From contig CP075496.1 in the NCBI GenBank assembly GCA_021613535.1, forward strand, positions 14,260,001-14,324,000: 64,000 nt of DNA. Direction: 5' to 3'. Each line of letters opens with the position of its first letter. Position 1 is the first letter of the stretch. The position numbers were made by a program, and so were the translations under genes. Below the pieces are notes generated by a model that was given only the letters and a program-made list of their open reading frames with translations, was not told the DNA's origin and searched no databases. Below are positions 1-12,080 of this stretch, in pieces. This DNA is from Adineta vaga. Lineage: Eukaryota; Animalia; Rotifera.

Positions 1-228
1 TATGCACATAAAATATTGTCTTGTTCTCTGACTCCTTCGCTTTTGTTCTTATCGATCTCTCTTTTGATGTTAACGCAGCAGCTGAGAAAGAGAAAAGAAC
101 GACAAACCCTATCGTTGTATTAAGAATAACAAGAAAAAACTGCAAGTCATTGCAGACACTACAATTGCCATTGCTCTGCTTTTCTTCTCGTAGCAAGTTT
201 TATAAAATAACACGTTAAGAAAGTAAAC

Positions 229-731
229 ATGGCTGGTGTTGCAAAATTATTCGATGGTCATATTATCAATAGTTCAAATGAAGAAGTTGATCTTAATGAT
301 GAAAAATACAACGGAAAAGTCATTGGTCTCTACTTTAGTGCACATTGGTATGTTTGAAAAAAAAACTAAAATTATTGACTTTTTTCTTTTCGTTTTTTCG
401 TAAAAGGTGTCCACCATGTCGTGGGTTTACTCCAATGTTAGTTGAATTCTATAAAACACATGGAAAAGATAAAAATTTCGAAATTATATTTATTAGTTCT
501 GATCGTGATGAACGAGCATTTAATGAATATTGTAAAGATATGCCTTGGTTAAAATTATTGTACAGTGAACGAAAGAAAAAAGAAGAATTAGGAAAAAAAT
601 TTCAAATCACTGGTATTCCAACATTACTTTTACTTGATGGAGATTCAGCAGATATTATTTGTAAAGATGCAAGAGATAAAATTCAACATCGAGATCCACG
701 TGGAGAATCTTTTCCATGGAGAACATTATAA
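229..731 (+). CDS. Nucleoredoxin/tryparedoxin-like thioredoxin (2 exons)
   Basis: ATG 229 MAGVAKLFDG...GKVIGLYFSAHW; GT-AG intron 348-406; spliced active site WCPPCRGFTP; FEIIFISSDRD and GIPTL motifs; stop 731. Confidence 0.92.
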
Positions 732-1280
732 AATAAAGAGAGAGAAAGAGAGAGGATTTTTAATTCAATTCGAACAACATTTTTGTTTTTTTTCTTCGAC
801 AAAAATAAAAAAAAGTTACAAAACGACATACAGATTCAAGTGATGAACAAGTTTTTTTTTGGATCTTATATTGTTATCTATATGAAAATAAAATTTTGTT
901 TCAAGTTAAAAAAATTATCATAACTTCTTCATAATTATACTATGAAATTAAACAAAACACATGAAAGAAAATAGAGTAGGTATTCATATTCATCATCTAC
1001 TCATTTCCTATAGTTTATTCGATTGATTAACTTCGAAGTTTACGAAACGTATTGCAAATAGAAAACGATATTTCTTTTATTCGATGACAGGCCGTTCGAT
1101 CGTATCGAAAAGTCCAAGTAATTTCATATGACGAAAAGAAAAATTCATGAATTATTCGGCCGCTTCTCGATAAACGATAAGGACGTCAAGATCTTTGTTA
1201 ACTATAATCTATATAAAGAGAAAGAACGATCGATGTATCATTTTATATTTAAAAAGAAAAACGACGTAAAGTAAACAAAA

Positions 1281-2163
1281 ATGTGTTCATATGAATCAAT
1301 TAAAACAAGTATTCGTCTTCTTCTTACATCAGCATCAAATGGTTTAAGCTTAGAACAATTAAATGCTGATTATCAATATTATAATCAATCAGAAAATATT
1401 CCTTTTGCAAATTTTGGTTATACATCATTAGTACGTTGAATTCTTATTTCATTATTGTCTCTTATCGTTGTTTATTTTAGTTAAGTTTTATACAAGATAT
1501 GTCTGATATTGCTCAAATTGATTTTAGTCCATCTCCTCCTATTATTTATGGAATTAAATCAAATCATCGAATGAAACGACAATTAATTGTTATTCAACCA
1601 AATAAACAACGTTCATCAAAAGATCTCAAACGACTTGTTCTTAATAATGTCTTGAAAAATACTCATTCAACTGAACATATTATTAAACAATTAACAAATT
1701 TAAATATGAATCAAAAATATTTATTCGAAACTTCATCAGAAAATTGTTCACTCAATCAAATTTTAATGATTCCAATAAATTCTTCAGATCAATGTCAAAT
1801 AATTCGTTATTCAAATGGAAAATTTTATATTACTTGTTTTGAATTCTCTCGAATATTAAATATTCATGAAGATTATATCAATAAAGAAACAGTAAGATGA
1901 ATATTAATATTTGTTTCTATACGTTTTTGTTGTCATTTAAGATGTTTAGTCGTTTACGTATTTATCAATCAAATAAGTTATTTCAAATGCTTCAAAAAGC
2001 AAATAATAATAATAATAATAATAATTCATGTCAACATATGAAAACTTGTCATCGACCATATTTTTTTCTTCTTTTAATTTCTTCGATTATACCTGTTTTA
2101 AAAATCAATGAAAATATTTATCCAAATTATGATCTTATTCTTGCTTTCGAGCAACTATTATAG
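1281..2163 (+). CDS. LOTUS/OST-HTH domain protein (3 exons)
   Basis: MCSYESIKTSIRLLLTSASNGLSLEQLNADYQYYNQSENIPFANFGYTSL|LSFIQDMSDI matches the LOTUS pattern (IRxLL..GL....L..DY.....IP...GY.SL..F...MPD); introns ~1431-1480 and ~1892-1941; poly-Asn from an (AAT)n tract near 2003-2026. Confidence 0.8.
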
Positions 2164-2786
2164 ACATGTAAATTTATTTATTTAATAATATTACTTTCTT
2201 TTGTTTTCTTTCGTTTTTGGTATGTAAAGAAATATATGAGTTTATTTAATTATGAATTGTGTTTGTTGTTTTTCTTTTTCTTATTTGATTAATATATGAA
2301 ATTACAGATTATTTGATGATGTTCCTATCTAAAAAACATATAATTGTATTCATGAGAATAGAGTGTGGATGTGCTAATTCACTAGTTAAAATTTGAACTG
2401 ATAGTTCTTTCAATAAATTTAACTTGATCAGTCCTTGATTTTTGTGCTGCATGATATTTCATTTGTTTCCTGTTTTTAAATATGTATAGATCCGATCTGA
2501 TAGATGTACATCTACGTTAATAATAATTGCCATTACCTACGATCTAAAACATAATAGTTTCTATGATAGTAAAGAAAAATTAAGCGTTTTAATGTTAATT
2601 CAGTAAAAACATAGAGATTCAATCAGAAGTATTGCATTTGTCAGACTTCATGTTGTCACAGTTGATCGTTCATTATACATACACTTCGAAAGTACTTATC
2701 GGTAAGAAATTTTGAGAATAATTTGATAAACTTAATACATTTTCCTATACATTCAAAATCATTTAGCTTCTATAAAGTTGTTTATC

Positions 2787-4183
2787 TTATATATCAATAA
2801 TCTTTATTTTTGTATCGAATAGAAATTGTTCAATGTAATCATCGTGAACGTCAATCATAATAAGTCTATTAAGATGAGTAAATTCAACTGGCAATAAATT
2901 TTCATTATTTGAATTATTTTTATATTGTGATTTCTCATCAGTAACAGCTAATTGCGTCAAAAACGGAAATGATTTGCAAGCCCGAAGAAATAATTCGTGT
3001 TCAAAAGGACGTTCATCATATAATACCACTCTACGAACATGCGAAAACAAACCACCTGGAAAACTATTTGTAACGTAATCATAAGATTTCGTAAGAGATG
3101 GGTATGAGTAAGCATGACATCGACTATGTCGTGCTTTTGGTAAACGAGTAATAATATTTTCCTTTAGATGATTTCCATCGATAAATCATAAATATACCAC
3201 CCTCAATATGGGCCGAAAAATGCAGATTAAGTTGTTCTATATTTGACATTCGATAAAGGAGGGGGTAGAATTGTTTCATAATAGTCACACATTGTCAAAG
3301 TAACATCCAACGAGAAATAATTTAGATTTAATAAATTACCCTAAAAAAAGGAAAGAAATTTGTTCTATTATCTGATAAGTTCTTTTGAACTCACTTCATT
3401 TTTCGTTCTATGTGGATAATGAACATTACACAGTTTAATATCAAGTATCTCAAGCTGATTGAAACGACCATCAAGAATAACAAGAAAATCATCAAAACAT
3501 TGTAAATTAATATTCAAACTACGAAGTGTAGAAGAACGAATATTAGGAAATAAGTCATCAATAAATAATCGAACACGGTTTTCATACGATGCTTCGCATA
3601 TTCTTAAAGATATCGAACTGGAGAAAGCAGTAAAGATGTAACTGTATATATTGCCCACTGATAGAAACATCTCTTCATCGTCGTCATCCTGATATTCAAT
3701 TGTAATAATAAGTGTTGTAATTTGATTTTTAAAAATACCAGGTGAAAGAATTTCATCTAAACAAATATAAAATATTTATTTCTTGAGAAGAAAATTCGTA
3801 CCTGTGAAAAGATTTCGAGCGGATTGTTCATTAATTTCATAAAGACCAAGGGTATGTAAATGAGGATAATCAGCAGCACGTAGAACATCTTTCATCGACA
3901 ATGTGTGAAGATCAAGCCATTGGATTTTATGATGAAGTTTAGGTAAAATTTGTAAACAGAATCGATCATGTATCGTTTTAGAACTAGTACGATCAGAAAA
4001 ATGATCTGAAAATCATTTCATAAAAGTTAAACGACTTGTACAAATTGGATCATGTACGATTCGACTCAGTCGTTTGTTACCACTGTCTAATGAATAAAGT
4101 ACGTCAATATTGTTCAAGCATTGAAAAATGGTCAGAAGAATTTCATCTGGTAAACTATATAATGTCATAGATGCATATGTCAT
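2787..4183 (-). pseudogene. F-box/LRR-like family pseudogene
   Basis: F-box start MTYASMTLYSLPDEILLTIFQCLNNIDVLYSL; in-frame TGA at 4015-4013; fragmented downstream ORFs with the family motifs PFEHELFL..FPFL and HDDYIEQFL; paralogous to 33787-35485. Confidence 0.8.
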
Positions 4184-6353
4184 TTGTTTATTTATTTCAG
4201 ATTATCTGAATAATTAAGATTAACATGTATATGTACTTTGAAGAACCTCTTCCATTTGATCGACCTCGTCAAGAAAGACAATAGCCTTTTTTTTCGTCGT
4301 CAATCGTGATAATGCGTTTTTTTTCTTTTCATTTGTTCAAGATAATATATGCGAAAAGAAAACAATACGCCGTCCGTCTATTTATTTGAGCATCTCCGAT
4401 ACAATCGTTACAGGTTGAATAAATTACTGGATGAAATCTTTTTCTAAATATTGGGTAAATGAGTTTAAACGTTCAAAGTCAGATTGATGAACTATTCGGA
4501 AAGTGTAGAATGTGTCAATTGATGGTTTCACTAAAGCCGATCGACAAATCGTTCGGCCAAATTATAAACTGCTTCATATTCAGAAACACCATCTTTTATT
4601 TTAAAAAAACTTTTTTTAACTAAGCTCCTTTAATGGCAGCTTTACACCCTCTCAAATTCCCAAGAAATCCTGATTGTCCAACAGAGCCTCTCTCTCTGTA
4701 CACGATGCGCAATCACAGACTAAATACGAAAAACCAAAACATTAATTTAGTCCATAAAGATTGAGCAAAGGTTTACTTTGTGCAGGAAATAGTGGTTGAA
4801 TATTAGATGACCTTGACGAGTTTGTACTAGCAAAGTCTAAATGAGAAAAACGAAACATTCATTCATTTCTTTGCTGCTTTAGATATCCATAGATCTAATA
4901 GATCAGCATCTCTATTTGAAAATTCCTTTTTCTTTAAGATACTTTTTAGAGTACATCTCTGTTCATTGCAATATGAATCTCCAAAATATCTTCAACTTCC
5001 ATATCATTCTCATCATAAAACGATGGTGAATAGATTATCAAAAGTATGCAAATCATTTTACTTACATTCAAGTACAACAATATTGTACAATCATCTTCAT
5101 ATGTAAAACGTTTCAGTATTTCCGTAGAATTTTTATTTAATAGTGTTTGTAAAACACAATATTCTCTGTGATAACCGAAGGAAAACTAATCGCTTTAATA
5201 TTAATTCAATCAAAATATAGATTCTATCACTCGCATTGCATTCGTCAAATCTTAGATATCCTTATTATAAAATGCATTAATTGTTAGATAAAAAAAACTT
5301 GTAGAATTTATGTTTAGAGACTATTCACTGACATGATGCAAGAGAAAGAGGCATTTCGACCAGCTGTTTATCACGATCTCCCGACATATAAAAAAAACAC
5401 ATGGCGTTCAGAATGAAGTAAGGAAGAGACCTAAATAATAAAAGCCAGTCAAAAATAAAGAAGATCATAATGAACAATGATATTTTCTTTGAAGCTTGAG
5501 TTGATAATGATGAAAGCACGGAATAATGTTTAGAAGTATGTGTTCGTCTGTATTCATTTTTGACAAAAGGCAAATGGCTCTCTATAGAGAATGGCTTTGG
5601 TTTTATATTGATAAAGTATACAGGCTTCTATCACAAGAAAAAGAATGAAATCATAATAATCTGCTTGCAATGTCGAAATAAATTTCTTTAAACACATATC
5701 ATTTTCTAACACTAGACCTAGTCCAAGATATCTGATGCGAAACTCACTTGTCCGTAAAAAAACAATAGATACATATTTTGCTGTTATGCAGGATTCATTC
5801 CATTGATACAGACAAATTCAGTGTCGAAGAACAGCATCCTATACAGAGTGAATCGACTAATGAGGCTTTCTCTTTTTACCAAAAATCAATGACCATTTAA
5901 GTAACGAATCGATCGCCGTGCAATGTGCAACTTACAGTCTTCTATTCCCCAGAAGGAGGACGTAGGGGGTAAAGACCACGTTCTCTATTTGATCTCGAAT
6001 GTATTTCACTACGACAGGAGCCGTTTTAACTGCCAGTTTAAATGCAACACGATCACACCTTCATCTTTACATCTTTGGCAATTCATGTTTATTCTCATCC
6101 ATATTATTGTACATGATGCTAAAGCAACAAAATTATAATGATTCTCTCTACTATCTCAAACTATTCTAGGATTTCGGAATAACTCTCTAAAAGGGTTTTT
6201 GAATGGCTCGGAAACCCTAAAAGGGTGTCAGATAGTAATAAATATCTTTTTCCTAAGAGAGTATGGACATAAATAAGATTAGAAATAGTCATAAGATACA
6301 TTTCAACTAAAATAAAAACATCAGATATTCAATTCTTTCAAAACAAATTAAAA

Positions 6354-6539
6354 TTTGCAATTTAAATCAGTAAATGGTATTTGTGTCTGAAATAAAGTGT
6401 CGACGTTTCGTGTAACTATATACACATTTTCAAGACATTGATTTTTCAAGTTAGATTCGATCATCACGTGAAATTTTCATACACGAAACGTCGATACTCA
6501 ATTTCAAACAAAAACACCACTTATTAATTTAAATTGCAT
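6354..6539. repeat. ~60-bp inverted repeat pair (6354-6413 / 6480-6539), Penelope pLTR-like
   Basis: Left tgcaatttaaatcagtaaatggtatttgtgtctgaaataaagtgtcgacgtttcgtgta closely matches the reverse complement of tacacgaaacgtcgatactcaatttcaaacaaaaacaccacttattaatttaaattgca. Confidence 0.8.
6396..6439 (-). ncRNA. Putative minimal type-I hammerhead ribozyme (U3-A8 variant)
   Basis: Minus strand tgtc-TTGAAAA-t-GTGTA-tatagt-TACAC-GAAAC-GTC-gaca: stem I tgtc/gaca, stem II GTGTA/TACAC, palindromic ACGT stem III, GUC cleavage triplet. Confidence 0.55.
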
Positions 6540-6987
6540 ATCATTCGTCGTAAACTTGAAAGTGAATGTTTAAAACAATAAATTTTATCATTTAATTTAT
6601 ATGACGACTAAACTATCTGTGTTCAATCATGGGTTGTCATTGCTCAATTTCATTTTCATTATAGCGCCCTATCTAAAGAAGAACAAAAATATTGTAAAAC
6701 GCGAACGAGGGACCTCTATCGAATATTATCAAACGGATGCAGAACATTTTCAGAACGTGTTGGCCAATCATTCATCTCGGCCTGAAAGTGTCACTGTTCG
6801 TTCATTTTTTCATGTTCATTTGTCTGACTGATCTGTTCAGTCTATTTGTAAACGCATTGTTATCGACTATTACTGTTTGTCATTGGATTACTTGTTATCA
6901 TTCATTACGTCATCGATTATTACTTGCGTTACAATATTATCAATATATTTTGCATTCAATCAAGACTTCGACATTTGCTTTCTTTCT

Positions 6988-8131
6988 ATGGGTTATCTGA
7001 ATTCATCGGTAAGAGAAATATGGAAGAGATCATTTGTACGAGGAATATGTTCTGTATTTGTTTATTTTATTTTAGACAAGCTCAGAAGAGCAGCAAGTTA
7101 CTGAAAGTAGGATTGAAAAAATGCCAAAATTTATATGTAATGAAAGGGCATTTTTTAATGATCATAAAAAAACCGTTGATCAAACCTACACATACATTTA
7201 CGAAGGATCTGATTGTAAAATTTCTTTACCTGAAATTCCGAATGATAATCCAATTATATCATCTTTATTATTTATCAGAAAGTTGGTTCTTCGAATTGGT
7301 GTTCTTTATAAATATAAAGCAATGACAACGATGATGTTTGGAAGTGGAGTTTTGATCACAAATAAACTTGTATTGACATCTGGACATATATTTGATCCAA
7401 TTGATTGGAATGCTGAGAAAGTGTCTTATTCTAATATATTCATAGCATTTAGTGATCCAGCTCCTGAAACTGCTTTTTCGTTACTAAATCCTGATAAATC
7501 AATATTTGCAGCAAAAGTAATTCGTCGTGGTCTTTTACAAGACAAAATAAATGATCATACTCAATATGACAATAATCTTACTGATTTAGCTTTACTTGCA
7601 TTAGATAATGCTGCAGAGATAACAACAGCTGAATATTTCCAACCAACGCTCAATCAGAAATCTTCAACAACATTAAATGTTCCATTAAATTCAAAACTAT
7701 ATCTCATCGGATATAATGGAGAACTACTCACCAACGATGAACTAAAACCATATCGACACTTACATGAATTTGCAAACTTAAATATCGATAAATTAAATCT
7801 TTATCATCATATAAACTACAAGTCGATATGAATTGGAAAATTATTAAGAGAAGGATGTGATAATGATCAATATTTTCTTCACAATTGTAGTACTCTTCCG
7901 GGATCGAGCGGCTCAATCATTCTCAATCATCATGGAAATTTAGCTGGTATTCATGTAGGTGTGAGCGATTTTCGACAAGGAAAAGAAAAAGATATTTTTT
8001 ATAACAAAGAAACATACAATAAATATGTTTCAATAGAATCAAATCAATTTAAAATGTTTATTCGTGAAACAGTTTTGCCAAACGTAGAAAATGAAGAATT
8101 ATATAATGAATGGTTATCCTATTCTCAGTGA
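6988..8131 (+). pseudogene. Trypsin-like (S1, bacterial Trypsin_2 style) serine protease with one in-frame TGA
   Basis: Exon 1 MGYLNSS, intron 7009-7075, then GSGVLI..VLTSGH (His) and TDLALL (Asp); TGA at 7829-7831; the same frame continues HNCSTLPGSSGS (Ser)..AGIHVG to TGA 8131. Confidence 0.8.
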
Positions 8132-8925
8132 AACGTACTTTTGCGTTGATGTTTTCTAATAAAAATAATTTGATTTTTCTTTAACTTGCTATACATATTG
8201 TTTATATTTCGTCCATCTTCTGATTATGTTCATAATCATCTACTGCTTACTGCTGCAATGTCATCTGTTCCTGTTTGAATAAGTGTTGATAAGCTTTGCT
8301 ACAAATGAATTTATTTTATTCTGTAAATCGAAAGTATAGTTCATTCGAATGATTACACATTTCGATTAGCACAAGGTCTATGATAAAACGATTGGTAAAG
8401 AATATTGAGCAGCACGGTTTCGCTAAATATTGATTTATGTTTTTTTATATAATTAAAATAAAAACAGAAGAAGAAATATTCATATTAAACAGTTAAATCA
8501 CGATTATCAATATGAAAGTATTCATTACGCACATTTTGGTTGTTTATAGATCTCCCTCACTATTTCAAAGTCCTTTTATTTTCTTTTAGAGTACATTCTT
8601 TTCCAACAGAGTATTCCTTACAACAAAAAACTTCGACTTTTATATCATTCTCATTATAAATCAACGATAAATAGATTATCAAAACTATATAAATTATACA
8701 TACATCTATATTAATATTGTAAATGCTTCCACATATTTCATCATAGATTTCGACACAAATTCTTTAGAATTGAGAGTTATAAGTGATTTCATTCGTTTTT
8801 TCTGATGTATAATATACTTTTCAACATAATATATTTAATTCCGTACATATTTAAAACTTTCGTTTTCCTCAAAAGTAAAATTATACATTCAAAACAGAAT
8901 TATTGAAGAATTGAACATCGATACT

Positions 8926-9732
8926 TTATTTTTTACCAACAAGACCAACGAGAGCATTGACACCAGCACCAATAGCAACATTTGTAACTTTGTCTTTAAT
9001 TTTACCCCATAAACCACGTTGTACAGGTGTGAGTGATGCGAAGAATAAATCAATTTCTTGATCAACAACATCGCGTTTGCCAACAAGACCAACGAGAGCA
9101 CTGACACCAGCACCGACAGCAGCATTTGTGATTTTATCTTTGATCTTTCCCCATAAACCACGTTGTTCTGGTGTAAGTGATGCTAAAAATAAACCAATTT
9201 CTTGGTCATCAACGGAACGTTTTCCAAGGAGAAGACCTGCAGCTGCGTTAACACCGGCACCAATGGCAGCATTTGTGATTTTATCTTTGATTTTTCCCCA
9301 TAAACCACGTTGTTCAGGTGTGAGTGATGCTAAAAATTCTTGTGTAGCATCAGCATTGCGTTTTCCAAGGAGAAGACCAGCAGCTGCGTTAACACCAGCA
9401 CCGATGGCGACTGAAGTTATTTTATCTTTGATTTTACCCCATAAACCACGTTGTTCTGGTGTAAGTGATGCTAAAAATTCTTGAGTGGCATCAGCATTCA
9501 CATCACGTTTGCCAACAAGACCAACAAGAGCATTGACACCAGCACCAATAGCAACATTTGTAACTTTATCTTTGATTTTTCCCCATAAACCACGTTGTTC
9601 TGGTGTAAGTGATGCTAAAAATTGAATTTCTGCTTGAAGAAGATCATGATTTACAATTGGTTTTGGCATTGATTCTGAATAAACAGAACCAAAGAAAACT
9701 AAGGCGACGACTAAGCCGATAGGTGCGTGCAT
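8926..9732 (-). CDS. Secreted multi-peptide precursor of five amidated cationic amphipathic (antimicrobial-like) peptides
   Basis: Hydrophobic signal peptide, then five units of [acidic spacer ..FLASLTPEQR] + GLWGKIKDK(V/I)T..A(I/V)GAGV.A..GL(V/LL) + G-KR (last unit G-KK-stop); intronless intact ORF of 268 aa. Confidence 0.88.
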   Translation of the reverse strand: MHAPIGLVVALVFFGSVYSESMPKPIVNHDLLQAEIQFLASLTPEQRGLWGKIKDKVTNVAIGAGVNALVGLVGKRDVNADATQEFLASLTPEQRGLWGKIKDKITSVAIGAGVNAAAGLLLGKRNADATQEFLASLTPEQRGLWGKIKDKITNAAIGAGVNAAAGLLLGKRSVDDQEIGLFLASLTPEQRGLWGKIKDKITNAAVGAGVSALVGLVGKRDVVDQEIDLFFASLTPVQRGLWGKIKDKVTNVAIGAGVNALVGLVGKK

Positions 9733-11128
9733 CCTGCAAAATATATGTTGACAATTAAAACAAAGAAAAGCAACTTCACTGATTATTCTAAATCAATGTC
9801 ACCGTTTATATATATTTTTGTAGAACACAATGCTTTTTTTTTGAGAATGATAACATCTGTTGAGAATAATAGTTTTGATCAATGTTTTTCCACAGCTGCA
9901 TTTCTATCTCATAAAAAAATCTGTATTTTGCAATTATACAGTAAGCTTAATGTTTTTCTAAATATAATTATAGATCATGCGACTTTTTTTGAAAGAGACA
10001 GATAACTATTATCAATAAAATCTCAGCTATATGATTAGTTTCTGAGGATAATTCTCCTTCCATACTCAACTTACTTTCTTCCAAAAGTGAAATACAGAAC
10101 AACACAAGTAAAATAATAGAGAATCTGAAGATATTTTCATTCTCGTTGCAAAATCTAACAATAATTTTACAAGCTTTCATTTCTTTCGAATGGTTTTTGT
10201 TTATAATTCCATATTTGATATGACAAGGTTTGGTTCACTATATTCGTATATGTTGCTTCGCTAACGTGTGGATTCTAAAATTCGTAGTAATTGATATCGA
10301 TGATTTCCTTTTCAAATATTTCCAAATAATGATAAATTTTTCGTTACACAATCAATCTATGATAGAACAATTGATTATATATTTCATGTGAATACTTAGC
10401 AAATTTGATTCGAATTTTTTCACATCGGATTAAAAATATTTTATTATTATAATGATTCATATAATGTATAAGTAAAAGCATATAGTATCGATGTTCTCTT
10501 TTAGAATAGATTTCAACTTAGTATATCAGTAAAAGTATCTATTTCTGTCGTTAATAATATATTGGTGAATACTGCTCGGTAAATTTTTGTACTTAACAAC
10601 CTTTAATATTAGTCTCTATCGATAAAATTCTGCGACAAGAGAAGAGATAATGAATAAAAATCTATACTCAATGATTGTTCGATCGTGTGGATATAAATTT
10701 TTTGTTCATAAAAACTTCAATACTCTTTTTCAGATCGTCTGTCACAAAAACCATCGATAACATATTACCCTCGATATACGAGTAATACTATTGATGTTAA
10801 GGGTGATAAATCTATTGAAATTGAAGATTTATTTTAATTACAAAAGCAATGCTAATCACAATTCAACTTATTTTTAAAATCTTCTGCATATTCTAGTCCG
10901 ACAAGATCTTTTATCTCTCAAAGGTATATTCTTTTAAATCTCTGTAAATTTCGAAACTCCTTTCTTCGAGTGAACAATCATGCGTTAACTGAAATATTCT
11001 TTTTTTTGCGAAATCATGCTCCGCAATCATAAATAATTCAATTTCACGATCAATCAAAACTTTATTTTACTTAAAAATGAAAATGTACATTAAAAAGTAA
11101 ACTATCTTTGAATACGAATGTTGACGAT

Positions 11129-11359
11129 TTATTTCTTGCCAACAAGACCAACAAAAGCATTAGCACTAGCATCGATGGCGACTGAAGTTAATTTATCTTT
11201 GATTTTGTTGAACTAATCACGTTGTTGAGGCGTAAGTGAGGCTAAAATTTGAGCTTCAGCTTCAAGAAGATTCTAATTGACGATTGGCCATGACATTGAT
11301 TCTGATTAAACAAAACCAAAGAAAATGAATGCAATGATCAGACCGATAGGTGCTTGCAT
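11129..11359 (-). pseudogene. Single-peptide paralog of the 8926-9732 precursor, pseudogenised
   Basis: MQAPIGLIIAFIFFGFV*SESMSWPIVN*NLLEAEAQILASLTPQQRD*FNKIKDKLTSVAIDASANAFVGLVGKK*; three in-frame stops; ~400 bp of upstream sequence also resembles 9733-10130. Confidence 0.88.
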
Positions 11360-12080
11360 CTTGCAAAATATTTGTTGAAAAGTAATACCAATAAAACTAC
11401 TCCACTGATGCTTTCGCAGAAATCCTATTGTTTACATATGGTTCTGTTTTGAAGAAAGAATTGCTTTTGAGAAAGGTAACATGTGTTGGGTATTCTTTTT
11501 TTGATCAATGTTTTTCAACACCTGTATATGTATCTCATAAGGAGTGTATGTTCGACGACAAGGCATAGACTTACGACATTTTTCTATTTATAGAGACAGT
11601 TCATGCAATCTTTTGAAAAACAAAGATAAGTATTATTGAAATTTCTTTTGCTTAATATGACATAGGTAAAGTGTTAATTATATGATTGATTTTTTGAAGA
11701 TATTTCTCCTTCCATACTCAGTTTATTTTTTTTCCAAAAATGGACTACACGACAACACAAGTAGAATAATAGAGAAGAAAAATAGATATATATAGATGAA
11801 CATAGACACACGTTTGGAAGAACATCATTGGAATGAATAATATCTGAAGAGATGATAATGACGTAGAGTGAAAGAATGAAAGTTATTTACATAAATAAAG
11901 AAAAACAAACAACGAGAAAGAACATATTACTCTGAAGAGTAGGAAAACGAAGAAGAAAAAGTTATCCAATTTGTAGACAGAAGAGAAGGAACAACTGTTC
12001 AAAATAACAGATCATTTTGTACAATTTGTTTTTGAAAGAACACAAATTTGAAAATATTTATAGATATAGAGATTCAAGTT

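Noticed and set aside
21-218. Short hydrophobic ORFs here and throughout the AT-rich intergenic DNA
   Set aside because: Mostly non-ATG starts with F/L/I-rich composition expected by chance; no motifs or splice support.
9077-9484. 135-aa plus-strand repetitive ORF
   Set aside because: Antisense shadow of the peptide-precursor repeats.
8926-9732. CRISPR-like array or Spy/CpxP LTxxQ protein
   Set aside because: The repeats are in-frame coding units without unique spacers; LTPEQR lies in cleavable spacers of a eukaryotic secretory precursor.
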